DNA of 64,000 nt from a virus: IMG/VR virus record IMGVR_UViG_3300006076_000001, positions 29,787 through 93,786 of that record. One strand, written 5' to 3'. The position numbers and the translations under genes are program-made. Below are positions 61,731-64,000 of this stretch, in pieces (the first letter of the stretch is position 1; every line of letters begins with the position of its first letter). The notes beneath the pieces were generated by a model. The model was not told the origin of the DNA. It made no database searches and saw only the letters and a list, made by a program, of their open reading frames with translations.

Positions 61731-62232
61731 TTTTTATCTTTTTAAATAATTTTTTAAAGAAACATTTAACCACATTACCACAATAAGACTGATTAAGTAA
61801 AATGGCTTTCAATCTAGCTGGACTTATTCTATAAGGCTCTTTATCAAATAATTCTGACACTCCTACTATCATAAGAAACTTTGAGTCCCATTCAGAACAA
61901 AAATACCTATCTTCTCTATCCTTAAATGGAGAAATAAATCCAAGGATACCCATCCAATCATATTTACAATGTTTTGTTTTCTCAAAGAAAGTAAGACCTC
62001 TAAGTAAATCTTTATCTAAAATCTCCATTTCTAAGTATTGCCAAGCCTGATAATCGATTTTATGTGGGACTTTTCTAACTCCTCCATCTCTTGGTGATGA
62101 TGAGTATTGATACCCATCAATCACTATCTCTGTATGACAAACATCAGAATTAGTCCACCAAGCTACTAATTTATCATAAAAAGTAGCTTTAGGAGCGGTT
62201 TTTTTATAAAAAGCTACTTGTATTTTAGCCAT
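61717..62232 (-). CDS. Permuted papain-like (NlpC/P60, YiiX-type) enzyme
   Basis: HTEIV, SSSPRDGGVR, YDW.G, YFCSE, SP..L. Confidence 0.75.
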   Translation of the reverse strand: MAKIQVAFYKKTAPKATFYDKLVAWWTNSDVCHTEIVIDGYQYSSSPRDGGVRKVPHKIDYQAWQYLEMEILDKDLLRGLTFFEKTKHCKYDWMGILGFISPFKDREDRYFCSEWDSKFLMIVGVSELFDKEPYRISPARLKAILLNQSYCGNVVKCFFKKLFKKIKNGLK

Positions 62233-62478
62233 TTATACCCTCCTCTTCATATAGAATATTAGCTAAAATAATTTTAGTATTATTAAACTCTTCTAACCTA
62301 AACTTTTTCTTCCATCACCTATATGTACAAAAAAGTCAGACACCTTAAAATAAGTTTTAATATCACCATCTAATTTATCATTACCAATAACCATTCTAAT
62401 ATTTTTCCTCTAATTTAAATAATATTCAGAATCTACTACCATTTTATATGAATCAGCTAATACGACTGCCTTTGTCAT
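62225..62478 (-). pseudogene. Degraded small gene in the lysis cassette
   Basis: ATG overlaps the spanin stop; one internal TAG plus one frameshift in an A5 run would give an ~84-codon frame whose end overlaps the next ATG. Confidence 0.35.
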
Positions 62479-62819
62479 TTCAAAACTTTTATTGATTGAT
62501 TTTTATCTAAAAAGTTTTTTCTAAAATCAAGATAATTTTCTATTTTAGTATTACATCTAACCAAATGTAACTTTAAATCTTTAATATAAGAAATTAGTTC
62601 TATCATTTTGTCTTTAGGTATGCAAACATCTCCCCATTCTTTAACACAAACTTTGTTACCTTTATTATAAAAAGTGTAACTCAAAGATTTATTGAACTCT
62701 TCAGTTGCATATGTAGGTAATGATGGTTTAACCATAATGTATTTAGTTTTAACTACTACCTCTGGTTTAGTAGAACAAGCAATAAATAAAAATGGTATTA
62801 AAAGTAATAACTTTTTCAT
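62475..62819 (-). CDS. Outer-membrane spanin (lipoprotein)
   Basis: MKK plus hydrophobic stretch plus FIAC lipobox; coupled to the i-spanin. Confidence 0.7.
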   Translation of the reverse strand: MKKLLLLIPFLFIACSTKPEVVVKTKYIMVKPSLPTYATEEFNKSLSYTFYNKGNKVCVKEWGDVCIPKDKMIELISYIKDLKLHLVRCNTKIENYLDFRKNFLDKNQSIKVLK

Positions 62820-63151
62820 AATTCCACCTTATACTCTGTATTGTCTGGTTTAGTTGCTATGTTTTCTACAATTTCCTCTTTTTCTTTAAGAACTTGACTT
62901 GTTTTTTTAGATATATCTTTTTGTAGTTTTTCTTGGCTCTCTTTTAATTTTCTTTCATTCTCAGCTATATTAATAGCTACTTTACTTTTAGATTCAAAAG
63001 AATCAGCTCTTGCTGTTTCTTTTTTTAATTGATTTTCTTTTTCCTCTAATTCTTCCTCTTTTTGTTGATTTTTAAAAGCAAAAAAGATAGCCATTGCTGA
63101 TGCTATCATAGCACCAAAACCGAATATAATTTCTTTTATTTTACCAAACAT
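62816..63151 (-). CDS. Inner-membrane spanin
   Basis: N-terminal TM helix plus coiled coil. Confidence 0.65.
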   Translation of the reverse strand: MFGKIKEIIFGFGAMIASAMAIFFAFKNQQKEEELEEKENQLKKETARADSFESKSKVAINIAENERKLKESQEKLQKDISKKTSQVLKEKEEIVENIATKPDNTEYKVEL

Positions 63152-63152
63152 T

Positions 63153-63473
63153 TTAATTTCCTTTATTTTGACTCTGACCTATTTTAATATCTCTATAAAC
63201 TTCGGCTAAATGAATAAGAGTATTAGCACCAACCACAGTAGTAATAAATGCTACTAATACAATCCAAGAAGATGTGTGTAAAATCTCAATGTAAATTTGA
63301 TCGTTTGCTTTAATGTTAAAGATTAATGGATAAATAGAAGTAATAATGTAGATGATTATAAATGTAATCATAGCAAATCTTGACCCGATTTTATGCTTAC
63401 CATACCAATCTGCATAAGTATCCAAAGCTTTGTTTGCAACTTGCTCTATATTTGGCATTTTAATCTCCTTCAA
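63153..63473 (-). CDS. Holin candidate
   Basis: Two TM helices, upstream of the spanins. Confidence 0.5.
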   Translation of the reverse strand: MKEIKMPNIEQVANKALDTYADWYGKHKIGSRFAMITFIIIYIITSIYPLIFNIKANDQIYIEILHTSSWIVLVAFITTVVGANTLIHLAEVYRDIKIGQSQNKGN

Positions 63474-63519
63474 ATTAATTTATTGTAAAAGTTTCCAGAA
63501 CCTTTATAGAAAACAACTT

Positions 63520-64000
63520 TTACCATACAATAGCCTCCAGTTCATCTATTGAAGTAGCAGAGTTAATTTTATCTTCCAATGCTTGTCTTTTACCTATCGC
63601 AGAACCAGCAATTAATGAATATGTGTCAGCTTTTTTAACTATTTTTTGTGCTAATTCAGTTTTATCCACACCCCTTGCAGTAGCTATTGAATCTAACAAA
63701 GGTGTTGCAACTGTGTTATCAGCTAAATAAGCTCTTGCTTCTCTTTCTTGTTTATCCCAAGATAGTTTTTCAATTTCAGGGTATTGTGCTGTAATAGCTT
63801 CCATAGCTGATTCAAATGCTTGATTTATTTCGTCTAATTTTTTAGCTTTAGCCTCAATAAATTTAAGTTCTCTTACTTTTGCATCTATTTCTTCTTGAGT
63901 CGGTTGTTTTAAATCTTGTCTATACCATTTAACTATCTTTCCATTTTCGTCTAAATCAAATTGAGCTACTTCAGGTTTACATAATTCTGAAATAGCTTTA
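63520..64000 (-). CDS. Tail-fibre assembly chaperone-like protein (5' end beyond window)
   Basis: Frame open to the window edge (...QPTQEEIDAK...); YP..E..SW..Q..EARA...TPLL..IA.ARG...LA..I..KA...G.RQ motif. Confidence 0.75.
   Translation of the reverse strand, partial: KAISELCKPEVAQFDLDENGKIVKWYRQDLKQPTQEEIDAKVRELKFIEAKAKKLDEINQAFESAMEAITAQYPEIEKLSWDKQEREARAYLADNTVATPLLDSIATARGVDKTELAQKIVKKADTYSLIAGSAIGKRQALEDKINSATSIDELEAIVW

Noticed and set aside
62225-62478. TAG stop-codon recoding suggested by in-frame TAGs in the lysis region
   Set aside because: TAG ends several normal genes (e.g. 39021, 44331, 48591) and long genes are uninterrupted under code 11
1-64000. CRISPR arrays, tRNAs, rRNA, integrase or IS elements
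   Set aside because: No repeat-spacer periodicity, cloverleaf or transposase/integrase motifs were seen; intergenic gaps are short

Overview
A 64-kb segment of a large, AT-rich, tailed dsDNA phage genome. Every credible gene is on the minus strand. Head genes (HK97-type major capsid, decoration, scaffold, portal, prohead protease, terminase) are interleaved with replication, recombination and nucleotide-metabolism genes. A Gram-negative-type lysis cassette and a tail-fibre chaperone lie at the right end. ThyX and the dimeric dUTPase resemble Campylobacterota enzymes, which suggests that host phylum (inference). Main observations: (1) a PurZ-type adenylosuccinate synthetase paralogue, suggesting 2-aminoadenine (Z) DNA; (2) a family-A DNA polymerase broken into at least three intein-free ORFs, with primase and Rad50/SbcC also split; (3) four paralogous endonucleases built from 3-4 zinc-ribbon repeats with hypervariable putative recognition helices, one fused in frame to NrdB; (4) an extended Shine-Dalgarno motif (GGAGTC, usually AGGAGTCRGA) at 22 gene starts, including many DNA-metabolism genes but none of the recognisable head genes; (5) two families of N-terminal leader peptides on otherwise unrelated small proteins; (6) an 83-bp dispersed element embedded in frame in unrelated genes. 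All calls come from reading motifs by eye; no database searches were run.
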